Assembly (NCBI GenBank): GCA_964016885.1 | Contig: OZ024741.1 | Location: 349,618,001 to 349,682,000 of the forward strand | Reading direction: 5' to 3' | Length of the DNA: 64,000 nucleotides | DNA from: Eledone cirrhosa | Lineage: Eukaryota | In this document: in pieces, positions 43,448 through 57,433 of the stretch | How positions within the stretch are numbered: the first letter of the stretch is position 1 | Layout of the letters: every line of letters starts with the position of its first letter | The notes under the pieces: model-generated | The model's database searches: none | What the model saw: the letters and a program-made list of their open reading frames with translations, nothing else | Told to the model about the DNA's origin: nothing | Translations under genes and position numbers: made by a program

Positions 43448-45650
43448 CACAGCATGACAAAATGAAAAAAGTATTTCTTTAGTAAGAGATAATTACGTTG
43501 GCTTTAGCTAATTTTAGGGTGTTTGTTCTGAATATGAGTCAGTTTTGTTCCATCACATCTAGCTCTTGGTCTTCTACAAGACACCAAATTTAGAGAGATG
43601 TAATATGTCAAGTGTTTCGTTGTGTCACAACTTTTAATGTAGATATAACGCATACTAAGTCGCGTCTATTTTTACAACATTTTCATATAAATGCCTGTTT
43701 CGGATGACATTGCGACTCGTATCCAATTGGTAATTGCACTATTTATTGTGGACAGTTGTTTTTATTTCTCCATTTCAATATGTTTCAATTAGCATTGCTT
43801 CAAAACGTGTGTGTCACAATGACCCAGATCACTTATGCTATATCTGTTTGGGAATATGCATTCAATGACTGTAGGAGAAACATCACGACACTCATACAAG
43901 CAAGATACAAGGATTACTTCAAAATGAAACTTGAAAGCTAAGATAGATGTTTTGATCCACATATTCTATGATAAGATTGCAGTGATCGACTTTTCTTGTG
44001 GGCCAGTGGCAAGCTGAAGCAAATACTATTTGCTACTCCACTTGCATGGCGAGAACTGAGCAACAATTCTACTGATTGTCACTTTGCATTAATAATGGTG
44101 AGGGCTTGAATTAGAAAACTGCAAAGTATATCAAGTATCTTAATTTGCCATCTGCCATAAGACCACAACTATATGAAAATGAAATTCCTCATGTGCCAAG
44201 CAATCAACCATTGAGTGAGTCAGATGATGATTCCGATGACCAAATGGATTACAAAGATTTTGAAATTCCTCATTCATGCCCTAAAATAAGTCATGAACAA
44301 CTGATTTTTTTTTTTTTTTTTGTAAGTTGGGACTTTCTAAGAATGGTCCTTACCTGTCTGCAACCAAAATAACACCGAAGGAAGAAATTCGTTGTATTTT
44401 TCGATACACATGATGAACTGAGTTTGGTTTATTGTAACATTACTCGTTTGATAACGGCACTGGGAATTTCCTCTGAAGTGAAGACAGTGTTTTGGTTATT
44501 CATTGCTGGCAGTGTTTCCAGCTTACAGGCAATCCTTTTGTTGGCAATGAGTAGCCAGGGATTCCAGTGGGTTTTAGGAAGGCAATGAATCATACTATCC
44601 TATCAAGATATTACTTTCCTTGATCAGGTATGATAATTTCAAGTGGAAAGTTGGAGGTGACTTGAAGATCCTAGGATTTTTAACTGGGATGCAAAAGAGC
44701 CACGCGAAGTTTTGCAGCTTCTTGTCTGTGGGACAGTTGGGCTCGAAATGAACACTACAGTCGGCAGGATCGGCCAGTATGTCATAAATGGAGACCCGGG
44801 AGTAAAAGCGTTCAATACGTACCACTAGTTTCACCTGAGCTAATTGTGTTACGACATTACATATTAAACTTGGAATCTTCAAAAAATTTATGAAGTTACT
44901 GGACCCTGACGGACTACCAGTCAAGTTGCTGAAAGATATCTTTCCTCGATTAAGCGAAGCAAAGATTAAAGAAGGCGTTTTAGTTGAACCGGGCAGTCGC
45001 AAATTCATGAAGAATTAGATGCTCAGAGATTCATTGAACGACGAGTTGACGATGATATGTTAAAGTCGGATGAAATGTTTCTAGGTAAGAACCACAGCCC
45101 GAATTTCAAGGCAATCCTCCTCGATTTATTCGATGCACAAGTTGTCAAAATGTCCTTGAAGATTTACTTTTAAAGAGTCACCTGCCACCCCACCCCCCAC
45201 CCCTGAACATGGGAAAAATTAGTGATGAGCATGGTGAAAGATTTCATTAAGTCATCACTACTGTTGAAACAAGGGATCAATGGTGAGCCGATCCCCGCAC
45301 GATGGCAACATTTTGTTGGCTTCACTCTTCATGAATTCCATGTTACTGATCTTGACAGTGAAATCAATGCAGTAACTTCTTTGTGGTAAGCTTTTTCTAG
45401 GAATATATTGTCATTTTAACAGTGATTAATTGTAGTTCAGAATATTAATATAAATGTATCTAATCCTCCAATGTTCACGAGATTAGACACTTTTTCTGTA
45501 AATGTAGAAAATGTGGGTTTTCTTGTAGATCAAAATGTATTGACGATGGAGCAAAACCGATTTCATTTTCATAAAGAGCACCCCAAAATTAACTAATATC
45601 ACCTAAAGTAGTGTTTGCTGAAAACAAATATAGTATTTAAAGCGTATGTG
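43448..45650 (+). mobile_element. Decayed Chapaev3-like (CMC) DNA transposon
   Basis: CAC...GTG termini with subterminal inverted similarity; transposase remnants RRNITTLI..YF.MKL, GGDLKILGFL.G, LHIKLGIFKKF, FPRLSEAKIKEGV; family assignment from memory. Confidence 0.7.
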
Positions 45651-45870
45651 TCAACGTCTCGTCAGAACTTAATCAGCTGACAAGATAGATGAAACCAACT
45701 GGAAGCTCACAAAATATCGTTTTATTTCTTGTGAACCATACAACACACCGCAGCCCCAAACACCAACCACCTTCGATTCAGGGTTGCTTTTGGCCATGAT
45801 TTTCTGAGTAATGAGAATTAATGAAGCCTGAACTAATATACAATATAAGTTTAGTTTACTCTAGTTATCT

Positions 45871-48800
45871 TCACACGCCCTTGTTCACAGAACTGGAAAT
45901 TCTCCCGTTCTGTTGCCAGTTGCAGTAGACCGCCTCGAGGAGATCGGAGAACAAGTCCGGTATCACTACATAAAGTTCGTATGGTAGACCATCGAGACCA
46001 GGAGATTTGCGTTTGCCGCATTGGCTCAGCGCTTCCCCTATTTCAGCAGTTGAAATCGGCCTTTCGCAGGACTTCGCCTCCCCGTCCGAGAGCCGCGGCA
46101 GACCGTCGAGGTATGGACCGAAATCCATGGCCTCACCCGGCACGCCGCCCCTCCGGAACAGTCGTGCAAATTACCGTTGAAAGGCCGCACACATCCGCTC
46201 AGGTTCAAGGATCACGCGTCCATCCTGGTCCTTCAAAGACCGAATCGTGGACTTGTTTCCACTTTTTGCCTCTGTCACTCGGGCCCAGCTAACAGCTTTG
46301 GCTCCCTCGTTACCCAGAGCACGTATTTTACTCCTGACAACGCAGCCCTCGTGCTTCGCGTCAAAGAACTGATCTAGGGCCGTTCTTGACGCCAGCACGC
46401 CGGCCACGTTGCCACTCCTAATCGCGTCTTCTACTCTATCTATCAATTCCATTTCAGTTCTATTCCTATCTGATGCTAATTCCTGACTAAAACATATCGA
46501 TTCTATTCTAATTTCTCTCTTGAGAGAGCCCACCACCTGCTGTTGACAATTGCCCCCGTCAACCGCTGCTTAACTAGAGTGCTAATCCGCTTACTGTAAG
46601 CTTTGTTTGTCGGTAAGGACAAGTTTAGCTTCCAGTAACCGGGTCCTTGTCTATGGGTTCTATCAAGGTTGACTACTCCGGTCACCAACTTGTGATCCGA
46701 ATAGTCAACCATGAACATTTGTGGACAGCTTAATATGTCCCTATCCTTATTTCTAACTAGGAACCTATCTAGGTACGACATAGATGTTCCGCTACGATTA
46801 GTCCACGTCCACAGTGGCACAGTCGGAAAATCTAGTCGATATCTATCGGCCAGATCAAATCGGCCGATTAACCGTTTGAGGCTGTTACACCCCCTCTATC
46901 GGGACATGTCCATACATAGTCCCAACGTGCATCCAGGATACCATTCCAGTCCCCCACTAAAAGCAAGGAGCGAGACGTTCCCAAAAAAGTCTCTAGGCGC
47001 TGGAAGAAGTCCGGTCGCGGTGTCCCAGATGCGGCATACGCTGCCACCAGCCTGAAGGCTCCACCTTCACTACTGCCGACGTCTAGAACCACCAGTCGAC
47101 CTTCCGGGTCCAGGTGTACCTTCCGTGTTGCGAGGCCTAGGTGTTTTCGCAGCAGAACGACCCCTCCCCGGCTGACAGAGAGATGCAGAGATCTCAAAGT
47201 CGTCGAAGATGGGGGCCAGTTGGTGCTCGCTGCTGATCCTGGTCTCGCAAATAGCTATCACATCCATTCTGTGCGACCTGAGGTCATTTAAGAGTGTACT
47301 CTGCTTCCAGGATACCCCCAGGCCGCGCACATTTAAACATCCAACTCTTATAACAGCCATGTTGGTGGTGAAGAGTTTAGAGTGGAGAAAAAGGAAAAGA
47401 GACCTACCTGTCCTTCTCCTGGGGACCAGACTGCATAATTTCCATGGGGGTTTCGGCGGGGTTGTTTGGTGGGGTGGTGGTTTGGGATGTGGTGGGGACA
47501 TCAGTGTGGGGTGGGGTGGGGGTGTTTGGTGGGGGAGGGGTGTCTGGGGTGGTGGTGGGGAAACATTTCAAGAGGACGCGGTTGCTAGGTCTAGTACAGG
47601 GGTTCCCCACGTCCTCAGGAAAGTTCTGTTTGAGCATTGCGTAGGTGTCCCTTGGAACCCTAATCATTTTTAAATGCGGTTTAGTCGCTGCGTTGGTGAA
47701 CATTTTCCCTTCGGTGGAAACCGAAGGGTCTTTGTCTATTGTTTGCACAAGTGTTTTGTTGTTTGTGTTGATGCATGTATACTGTTTTTGTTGTGTTTGT
47801 TTTTGTTTGTTGTTCTTGTGTGTGTTTGCGTTTTGTAGTATGTGTTTGTTTTCGGGAGGGGTGGGTTTTTTTGTTTGTGATGTTAGTTCTGTTTGTGCTG
47901 ATGGTTGTGTGTTTGTTGCATTTTTGTTGATGTGGTGCCTTCTTTTCTTTCTTTTTACCGGTTGAAAGGGTTCTCCCTCGTCGTCACTGGGTGACGTTGA
48001 TAAGGGGTCCTCGTCTGTGTTGTTGGGGAGGGGTATATTTTGGGGTTTTGTTGTGGTTGCTTTTGTATTTGTTTTACGTGGGGAGGGGTTGGGTGGGACA
48101 GTGTCTTGCGATGTTAATTTTTCGAGTTGTTGTGGTTGTTGTTGTTGTAGTGGTGGTGGTGGTGGTTGTGTTGTTGTGTGTGGGGTGGGCGGAAGCGTCT
48201 TTTTGGGGGGCATTTAAAAGGGGACAGGAAGCCCTCAGGTGACCACTTCTTGAACAGTGGTAGCATGAAGGCCGCCTGCCCTCATCAGAAATGTTTATGA
48301 AGGCGACTCCATCGAGGGACACACGCTGCGGTATTCTTGCTATCCGTTCTGGTCTCATTTGGACCAGAACTTCAAGGCTATTGCCGCCGAATACGTTTTC
48401 AGTGGATTCGCCTATCGAAACGATTGTGTCCTCATCTTCTAAGAATCCCGTTAGCACCCACCAAATGCTCGCATTTGGCTTGATGCCCGAGATTCTTATC
48501 TTTTGAGTTCTTTTCCCCAAATATGTGGGGGAAAAGGTGTATGCTTTGGATACAATTGGCGACACAGAATATTTCCGTGCCGCCAATTCATCTTGCATTA
48601 AAACAGATATGCTTCCATACAGTTTCCCTTTCTGTATGAAAGCGATATCCTTCCAGGCACTACTTAGGACCAGCTCAATTTCGCTTTGGGACAATTGAGC
48701 CGGTTTCCTAGTCGTATTCGAAACTGTCCTAAAGATTACGGTCCTGAGGACTGTGTCCCTTCTAATTTCTTCGGGGGAGGTAATTGCGAATTCCCCACCT

Positions 48801-49450
48801 TCCCCGAAACTTACACAATTCATTGCTTCTTTCAGCAATTTCTTGGCATTCGAGATGTCCAGTGCCTTGTATGTCTGCGTTTCTCGAACCGCCTGTGCGA
48901 AGGAGACTGCAGCTGTGGGTCCGTTTTCTTTCATGTTGTTATCATTGTTGTTGTTGTTATTCGTGTTGGCTTGCTTTTTTCCTTTGTTGGTGTTGTCATT
49001 ATTGCTATTTTTGGTTGTGTTGTTATTGTCATTGTTGCTGTTGTTGGTTGTGTTGTTATTGTCATTATTGTTCTTGTTTGTGTAATTGTTACTTTTGGGG
49101 TTTTCACCCATTTCCACAATTTTTTCTTTTGATTCCGTGGTGTCTTTTGCGGGAGTGGGGAGGGAAGTCTTACAGCGTTGTGCTGCTACCTCCTCTCTAT
49201 CATTTTCCTTGGGGGGCGTGGCATGCGTCGTGTTAATCGCGTCCATTGTCACTAAACGACTTTTTATCAATAACTTATAACTATAAAATTTCGCCCCAAA
49301 AAGGGGCGAAATTTATTTTACCCAACGTCTGCAGGCCCAGGCGAGGGGTTAAACACAACAAATAACAAGTAGCTTAAACAAACCTACCGCTTCTCGTAAT
49401 AAATTCCGACAAAATACAGGAGCGAAACAAAAACACGTCTATCTTCTCCG
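45871..49450 (-). mobile_element. 3'-truncated Tx1/L1-clade LINE (ORF1 plus disrupted ORF2 EN-RT)
   Basis: ORF1 from 49270 with CYHCSRSGHLRASC zinc knuckle; ORF2 VGCLNVRGL, ICETR, VGDWN, YLDRFL, SDHK, KSPGLDGLPYE; frameshifts; 5' end abuts (AGAT)n. Confidence 0.9.
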
Positions 49451-49558
<108 letters not shown>

Positions 49559-50184
49559 TACATATAATTTCATCCAGACATATATTGAATTTGCGACATG
49601 AAAAGCAAAAGAACATTATCTGCAAATCATGTAAAGAAAAAAGTTTTTCAAACACAAATCGAATCTAGATTGCAAAAAATAGATAGTTTCATATTGGACT
49701 TCCGGCTAATACAAAAATAGAACCAAAATCGTATTTTTGAAGAAAACAAAAAGTGAATAGACTGAGTAAGAATGTGAAACACAGCGTCTATTTTATTCAC
49801 ATTTAAAGTATGTAAACGTATTCAGTTACTCAGATATGTCAATTAGGTTTAAGTCAGCGCTAGAGACGTATCGAAAGGGTAACATAAAACATACAATAGA
49901 ACAGCATTCGTACATTACATTTTGTCTGTCTGGAAGACACTGAGTGTCCAGTTAGCTATACATAGATACTACAATGTAGTACATTAGTAGCTGTCAACAC
50001 TGCACAAATGTATAGGTGTTTCATTAGCTTTCAGAGTATTCAGTGTAGAGATAAAGAGATTCCGAAAAGTTGAATTTCTTTAGATACACCGTGTTCCAAC
50101 TTCCCAATATGAAGGACAGAGGACGTACGACGTACGAATATATGAAGACCGAACGTGGAACATGAAAGACACACACACATATAC

Positions 50185-50651
50185 ATACATGCAACTTATA
50201 TATATATATTAAACTATCATATAAAAGACATCACACCACCCGGCCTGTTCTCCCCTTTTTGTCTTTCCTACACCTCAGTGTCCTTCTTTATCTGCACGTT
50301 GGACAACTGTCCTTTCTCTTCTGTTTTACTATTGCTTTCCTTTCTATATTTCTCTCCTTTGGCTCTTGCGCACTTTTTATTTGTGTGATTTGGTTAAAGG
50401 CATAACTTGTCTCTGCTTGTTTTGTTATGACCCAATATGCATTGGAATGAATGGTATCGACCTTAACACCGTAACTGTCGTGGTTTCCAGAGGTTGCCAG
50501 AGGAGATGGCATTATCCGTCTTTACGTCGTTTTCTTCCATTGTCTTTGTCCTATGTGTTCCCTATTTTGAATATATATATATATATATACACATATGTAT
50601 ACATATAATGCACACAAACACTTACGCGCGCGCGTGCGCACGCACACGCAC

Positions 50652-50712
<61 letters not shown>

Positions 50713-50774
50713 GATATATATCTCATATATAACGATATATATCTGATATCTATATATCTATATAACGATATATA

Positions 50775-50841
<67 letters not shown>

Positions 50842-51468
50842 AATCTACCAAAATATACGGTAGTGTTCAATCCGTATGAAGAACTCAATGTAATCCAAAT
50901 ATCATGAAAAGAGAAGATGCATTCAAAAATTTTCGATGAAAATCAAAGGAAAACAGAGTCAAGATAAATTAATAAAAACAATGAAATAAAAACAAAGAAC
51001 AAGTTCCTTATATTAAAAAATTCATGATTTTACGATCCTTTCTAGGATGTATATGTGTGTTGGTATGTATATCATACAGATCTATGTAAAAATATTACAA
51101 ATTATCAGAGGAAATATACATACCTTCACATATACATGCTGTCTTCAGAAATGATGACAGCATGTATATGTGAAGGTATGTATATTTCCTCTGATAATTT
51201 GTAATATTTTTACATAGATCTGTATGATATACATACCAACACACATATACATCCTAGAAAGGATCGTAAAATCATGAATTTTTTAATATAAGGAACTTGT
51301 TCTTTGTTTTTATTTCATTGTTTTTATTAATTTATCTTGACTCTGTTTTCCTTTGATTTTCATCGAAAATTTTTGAATGCATCTTCTCTTTTCATGATAT
51401 TTGGATTACATTGAGTTCTTCATACGGATTGAACACTACCGTATATTTTGGTAGATTTATCTACACAT

Positions 51469-51542
<74 letters not shown>

Positions 51543-53170
51543 TATATATCGTTATATAGATATATAGATATCAGATATATATCGTTATATATGAGATATA
51601 TATCGGTATATATCTATCTATCTAAGGCGGGTAAAATTCCCGAGATCCATGGACGAGTTCTCTCCAGCGGTCTCTGTCCCTCATCATCGCTGCCATGTCC
51701 TGCGTCTCCAACAGACCAGTGTCCTTCCTTAGGGCATCAACATACGTTAACCTTGGTCTTCCTCTTCTAGTGTGTCCATGTAGGGGCTCCCAAAGGACCA
51801 CTGAGTGCAATGTCAACTCTGGATGTCGGTGAGCATGTCCAGCTAACCTCAGTCTCTTCTGTGTCACTTTTGAGCTGACTTTTGGGATGCTCCCATACAG
51901 CTCTGAGTTTTTCATCCTCAGTGTATACTGATTAATGTTCAGAGCCATCCTCAACATTCTCGTGTAGCACCCATCCACCATCTGAGTGATTTTATTGGTC
52001 AGTGTCCAAGTCTCAGACCCATACAGCAGCACACACTCCACTACAGCAATGAAGAGGCGGACTTTCAGGTCTCTGTGAAGGTCCGACTTCCACACCGATC
52101 TCAAGTAAAGACGTTACTGCCTGATGAAGATCTTACAGGCTTATGGAATCCCCAAGAGGATAGTGGACCTGATATCACTGCTCTACACCAACACCAAAGC
52201 CCAAGTCATTACACCTGATGGGATGACAGAGTTCTTTGAGATACTGGCTGGAGTGCTCCAGGGAGATACATTGGCTCCCTACCTTTTTATCATCGTAGTG
52301 GACTATTGTATGCGCCTTGCACACCAGGACTCTGGCTTTACTGTAGCACCGGCTCAGAACAGGAGAGTTAGGGCGAAAAAGGTATCGGATGCTGAATTTG
52401 TCGACGACATAGTTTTGGTGACAAATACAGTGAAGGAGGCAGAGGATTTGATGCGGGAGGTTGAGACTGTGTCGATGAGTGTGGGGATGAGAACGAATGA
52501 GACTAAAACAAAATATCTGGTAGAGAATGTTGAGAGGCCAGAGGGGATCACTAATGTAGGCGGGAAGCCGCTAGAATTGGTTGAGGACTTCCTGTATTTG
52601 GGAGAAAAGATTGGGAATACGGAAGATGGTGTGGTTGAGAGGAAGAGCAAGGCCTGGGCGGCGTGCCACAGCTTGAGATCGGTATATATATATATATATG
52701 TGTGGGGAGGGGGGTGCGCGCGCGCGCGTAAGTGTTTGTGTGCATTATATGTATACATATGTGTGTATATATATATATATATTCAAAATAGGGAACACAT
52801 AGGACAAAGACAATGGAAGAAAACGACGTAAAGACGGATAATGCCATCTCCTCTGCCAACCTCTGGAAACCACGACAGTTACGGTGTTAAGGTCGATACC
52901 ATTCATTCCAATGCATATTGGGTCATAACAAAACAAGCAGAGACAAGTTATGCCTTTAACCAAATCACACAAATAAAAAGTGCGCAAGAGCCAAAGGAGA
53001 GAAATATAGAAAGGAAAGCAATAGTAAAACAGAAGAGAAAGGACAGTTGTCCAACGTGCAGATAAAGAAGGACACTGAGGTGTAGGAAAGACAAAAAGGG
53101 GAGAACAGGCCGGGTGGTGTGATGTCTTTTATATGATAGTTTAATATATATATATATATATAAGTTGCAT

Positions 53171-53177
<7 letters not shown>
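50185..53177. repeat. ~3-kb palindrome (~960-bp near-identical arms, 12-nt spacer at ~51144-51155), LINE inserted in the right arm
   Basis: 50185-51143 is the reverse complement of 51156-51613 plus 52690-53177; the ORF track shows mirror-image ORFs. Confidence 0.92.
51614..52677 (-). mobile_element. RTE-group LINE 3' fragment with 5' inversion and (TAGA)n tail
   Basis: RT motifs QGDTLAPYLF..FVDD on + (52124-52683) continue as RSVWKS..LRLAGH..RRGRP on - (51622-52104); TSD atcggtatatat. Confidence 0.88.
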
Positions 53178-53240
<63 letters not shown>

Positions 53241-53243
<3 letters not shown>

Positions 53244-53321
53244 TTAATATAGATGGGATTCCTGATGATTTCTAAAGAATGAAACAGTTCTAGTCCTGTA
53301 GAATCTCATCTATATTAAAAC
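53241..53321 (+). ncRNA. Type I hammerhead ribozyme with a 21-bp stem I
   Basis: GUUUUAAUAUAGAUGGGAUUC-CUGAUGA-UUUC(uaaa)GAAU-GAAA-CAG(uucuaguc)CUG-UA-GAAUCUCAUCUAUAUUAAAAC; predicted cleavage after 53300. Confidence 0.88.
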
Positions 53322-53392
53322 TTTTATACTCTGCTATGTATTGAGTACCTTACTTACTGTGGTTACCTCCCATTCAACCCGGAATAACGTAC

Positions 53393-53463
<71 letters not shown>

Positions 53464-53559
53464 AAATCTAAGATTACTATGGTCTGTTGATTACTCAACG
53501 AATACAGTTTTAGAATAGATTAGAAGCAGTCAACAAAAAAAGTTTTCCTGGAGTTTTAA

Positions 53560-53898
53560 ATATTATTCAAAATGTTAACAAATGAAAAATATTCGCATAA
53601 TCAAAATATATACTTTATTATATATATTTCAAAGGTACTGTGCTGTTTTTTCAGTTCGTCCTCATCAGACAAAATATATGATTTGATATATGACATACCG
53701 CTACGGTCTTGATTATTCAATTCACGTATTCTGCCAATACGGGAATTGAATAATCAAGACCGTAGCGGTACGTCATATATCAAATCATATATTTTGTCTG
53801 ATGAGGACGTACTGAAAAAACAGCACAGTACCTTTGAAATATATATAATAAAGTATATATTTTGATTATGCGAATATTTTTCATTTGTTAACATTTTG

Positions 53899-53906
<8 letters not shown>
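53560..53906. mobile_element. Fold-back element with HHRs in both arms (- 53614-53673; + 53793-53852)
   Basis: ~170-bp inverted arms. The + arm reads UUUGU-CUGAUGA-GGACGUACUG(11 nt)CAGUACCUUU-GAAA-UAUAUA-UA-AUAAA. Confidence 0.8.
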
Positions 53907-53950
<44 letters not shown>

Positions 53951-54702
53951 CGATATATATCTCATAAATATATATATATAAAGATATATATCTGTTATAT
54001 ATATATACTCTTCAGATTCCTTTTTCAGATTCCAACTACTTTTCATTTCCCAGCAGGGTTCTATAGAACCGGCAGACAAACCAGAGTTTGGCACATATAA
54101 AGAACCTAAACATTCGTTCCAGGTATTGCTGCCCTCATTGCTGTCTTTGTTGTTTATGTTGTATTAGTAGTTCTAGTAACTGTAGTATTCCATGTTGTTT
54201 TAGCTGTTGTTAATATTGTACAAGTTGTTTTTTTTTATCGTATTGTTGTTGTTATTGCTTTTCGTTGTGAATTGTAGTAGTAGTTGTAGTAATAGTAGTA
54301 GTAGCAGTAGTAGCGCCAGTAGTAGTAGTAGTAGTAGTATGTGCTGCTGGTGGGGGTGGTGCTGGTAGTGAAGGTGTTGGTGCTGGTGCTGGTGGTGCTG
54401 GTAGTGGTGGTGGCGCTGGAGGTGCTGGTAGTGGTGCTGGTACTTGTGCTGATGCTGGTGCTGGTGCTGCTGGTGCTGTGCTGGTACTAGTGCTGGCGGT
54501 GGTGCTGGTGGTGGTGGTGGACCCGGTGGTGCTGGTATCCATCTAGATATGAACTAATAATTTCCAGGGCAATGGCTTTTTTTGTTGTTGTTTCTTTTTT
54601 GTATGGTTGAGGGATTCAAAATTTCTACATATTCCCTAGTTCCGGTTTTGAATTCCAGAACATACCGACATTCCATACAGCGGATGTTAGATGACGGCGA
54701 AC

Positions 54703-54895
54703 AATAATTGTTTCTACTTTTGGCACAAGGCCAGCAATTTACCAGTGTATTACTGGTACTTTATTTTATCGACCCCGTAAGGATGAAAGGCAAAGTTAAC
54801 CTCGGCGGGATTTGAACTCAGAATGGCAAGGGCCGTAACTCTATGCGTCAAAGCATGGCGTCCGACCCTCTACCGATACTGCCAATCCACCGCCC
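54703..54895 (-). mobile_element. Full-length tRNA-derived SINE
   Basis: Same family; aacaataat on both flanks. Confidence 0.88.
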
Positions 54896-55283
54896 AACAA
54901 TAATGATGCAGAATTTATACATACAAACGCACACACACAGAAACACTCACAAACGCGCACGCACACAAGCATGTATATACATGCTTCAACAGCATTCTAA
55001 TAAATATTGCCTGTACAAGTAATAAAAATGTGTATACATATTTTGGGGACACTATGCGTATATACAATATAATATAATATAATATAACATATACTATGAT
55101 ATATATAGAATATAATATATATATATATATGTACATATATATACACACATATCTACACACACACACACACATATATATATGTGTGTGTGTGTGTGTGTAA
55201 AAGGTAATCAGAAATAACAACACAATCGGTACAGTATATGGAAAGAATATATTGAGTTAACGCTTGAAATAGCAGGAAGAGGG

Positions 55284-55319
55284 TCTTAACGTTTCGGACG
55301 GTAGTCCTTCGTCAGAAGA
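55284..55319 (-). ncRNA. Minimal type I hammerhead ribozyme
   Basis: UCUU-CUGACGA-A-GGAC(uacc)GUCC-GAAA-CG-UU-AAGA, with palindromic AACGUU stem III. Confidence 0.85.
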
Positions 55320-55386
55320 TAGAATGAAAAATAAGATAGATTGATGGGACGGGAGGGGTGGAATTGGAAAATATTTATATATATAT

Positions 55387-57433
55387 ATATTTATTAAAAT
55401 AATAGATTAAAGTTTAAGCAAAGAATCGCTGCTTTCACCCTTAACGGGATCTTCTGAAACTAACAAAGTCAATCTGTAAACGCAGAAGTGGATATTTAAA
55501 AAAAACGTTGCAACCGGAGGAAGACAGGAAGACGATACTTTGGTTCGTGGTAACGTTCGCTGGCAAAGAACGGGAAAAAACGAATATAATACGTCATTAA
55601 TAGGAGCGGTGAAAAACAATTACGCGCAAAGACAGAACCACGTTTATGGTATAAAAGAGGTCGTAGACTAATGTTCTCTTAGGTGGTTCATAGAGACGTT
55701 CTCTGGCAATGAACGAAAAAAACGAAGATAATACGTCATATGTGGAGCGTGGAGAACAATAGCACGCAAAGACAAAACCACGTAAATGGTATAGCAGAAG
55801 TCATAGACTAAAATTCTAACTAGGAGACCGAATGAATCTCCGCTTCAGAGTTAAGAACAAAGTAAATAAATACAATACAGAAGTAGTTAGTACTAACTGT
55901 AATTGTAGGAATCGGGTTGATTGCCCCCTATCCGGGAAATGCCTCTCTAGTAACATTGTCTACAAATGTAAGGTTGTAACACCCACGTCCCGTAGGGCCT
56001 ACATAGGGTTAACCGCCAATAGATTCAAGCAGCGTCTTTACATGCATACCCATTCTTTTCGTTACCCTCTAAGAAGGAATAAGACGTCACTTTCAGCTTA
56101 TATGTGGAGTCTAAAAGACAACCACACCCAATATAAGTTACACTGGGAGATCCTAGCTAGGGCTAGATCGTATAACGGAAATAAAAGACCATGTGACCTC
56201 TGTGCTGCTGAGGCCCTGGAAATACTCTACGCCACAGACAACATCTTAAACAAAAAATCTGAGGCAATTTCGGCTTGTAAACATAAATTGCACAAAACTT
56301 TCCTGTATTACAGCCCCACGTTATACCCTAACGGATAGTACGATCTATACGTGGATATTTTACGTCTTGATGTGGGAGCTAAGTATATGTTTTGTTTAAA
56401 CCAGTACTTATTTGCATAGGTAAGTATATATTACCCGTATGTTTTGTGAAGGTACGTATACCTTCTCGTACGTATATTTGATTGTTTATGTTATGGCGTA
56501 TAATTTCATATATTCTGGTACATATGGTTTGGCTATGTGTATACGGGAGTTTTGCATCTGTGTGAGTATGCAGGTTCGTACGTATGTAGGGTGTGTGTAT
56601 ATGTGTACTTCATGTTTTGGTTGACTTACGTCTCCGAACATTCGTGTATTTACATGTAGGTATGTGTGTGCGCTTGTTATATACGTATTTATTTATTTAT
56701 ATACGTTTATATAATTATTTATTTATTTGTATACACGCATACACACACACACATATTTATATGTGCGTGGTTTTGTATACTTATGGTAAGTGTTTTACGT
56801 ATGCTTGTGTATGTACGTATTTGTTTGCGTGTATGTATTTATTTATTTCTATTACTTCTGTATTGTATTTATTTACTTTGTTCTTAACTCTGAAGCGGAG
56901 ATTCATTCGGTCTCCTAGTTAGAATTTTAGTCTACGACTTCTGCTATACCATTTACGTGGTTTTGTCTTTGCGTGCTTTTGTTCTCCACGCTCCACATAT
57001 GACGTATTATCTTCGTTTTTTTCGTTCATTGCCAGAGAACGTCTCCATGAACCACCTAAGAGAACATTAGTCTACGACCTCTTTTATACCATAAACGTGG
57101 TTCTGTCTTTGCGCGTAATTGTTTTTCACCGCTCCTATTAATGACGTATTATATTCGTTTTTTCCCGTTCTTTGCCAGGGAACGTTTCCACGAACCAAAG
57201 TATCGTCTTTCTGTCTTCCTCCGGTTGCAACGTTTTTTGAAATATCCACTTCTGCGTTTACAGATTGACTTTGTTAGTTTCAGAAGATCCCGTTAAGGGT
57301 GAAAGCAGCGATTCTTTGCTTAAATTTTAATCTGTTATTTTAATAAATATTTGCTCTACGGTTCTTATATATTTGATATATATTTATCCTTATCGAGCCT
57401 TCTTTGGATTTTAGTCTTTAAATTTATTATTAT

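Noticed and set aside
48205-48225. U UUA AAU slippery-like heptamer at the Tx1 ORF1 frame break
   Set aside because: The downstream ORF (47404-48213) is in the +1 frame, so a -1 frameshift would not reach it; more likely an indel.
55832-56338. Selenocysteine-encoding Naiad element
   Set aside because: No in-frame TGA in this fragment; Cys codons are standard.
57275-57315. Functional HHR in the pLTR arm (mirror at ~55425-55460)
   Set aside because: Core reads CAGAAGA and stems I/III cannot be formed; at most a decayed relic.
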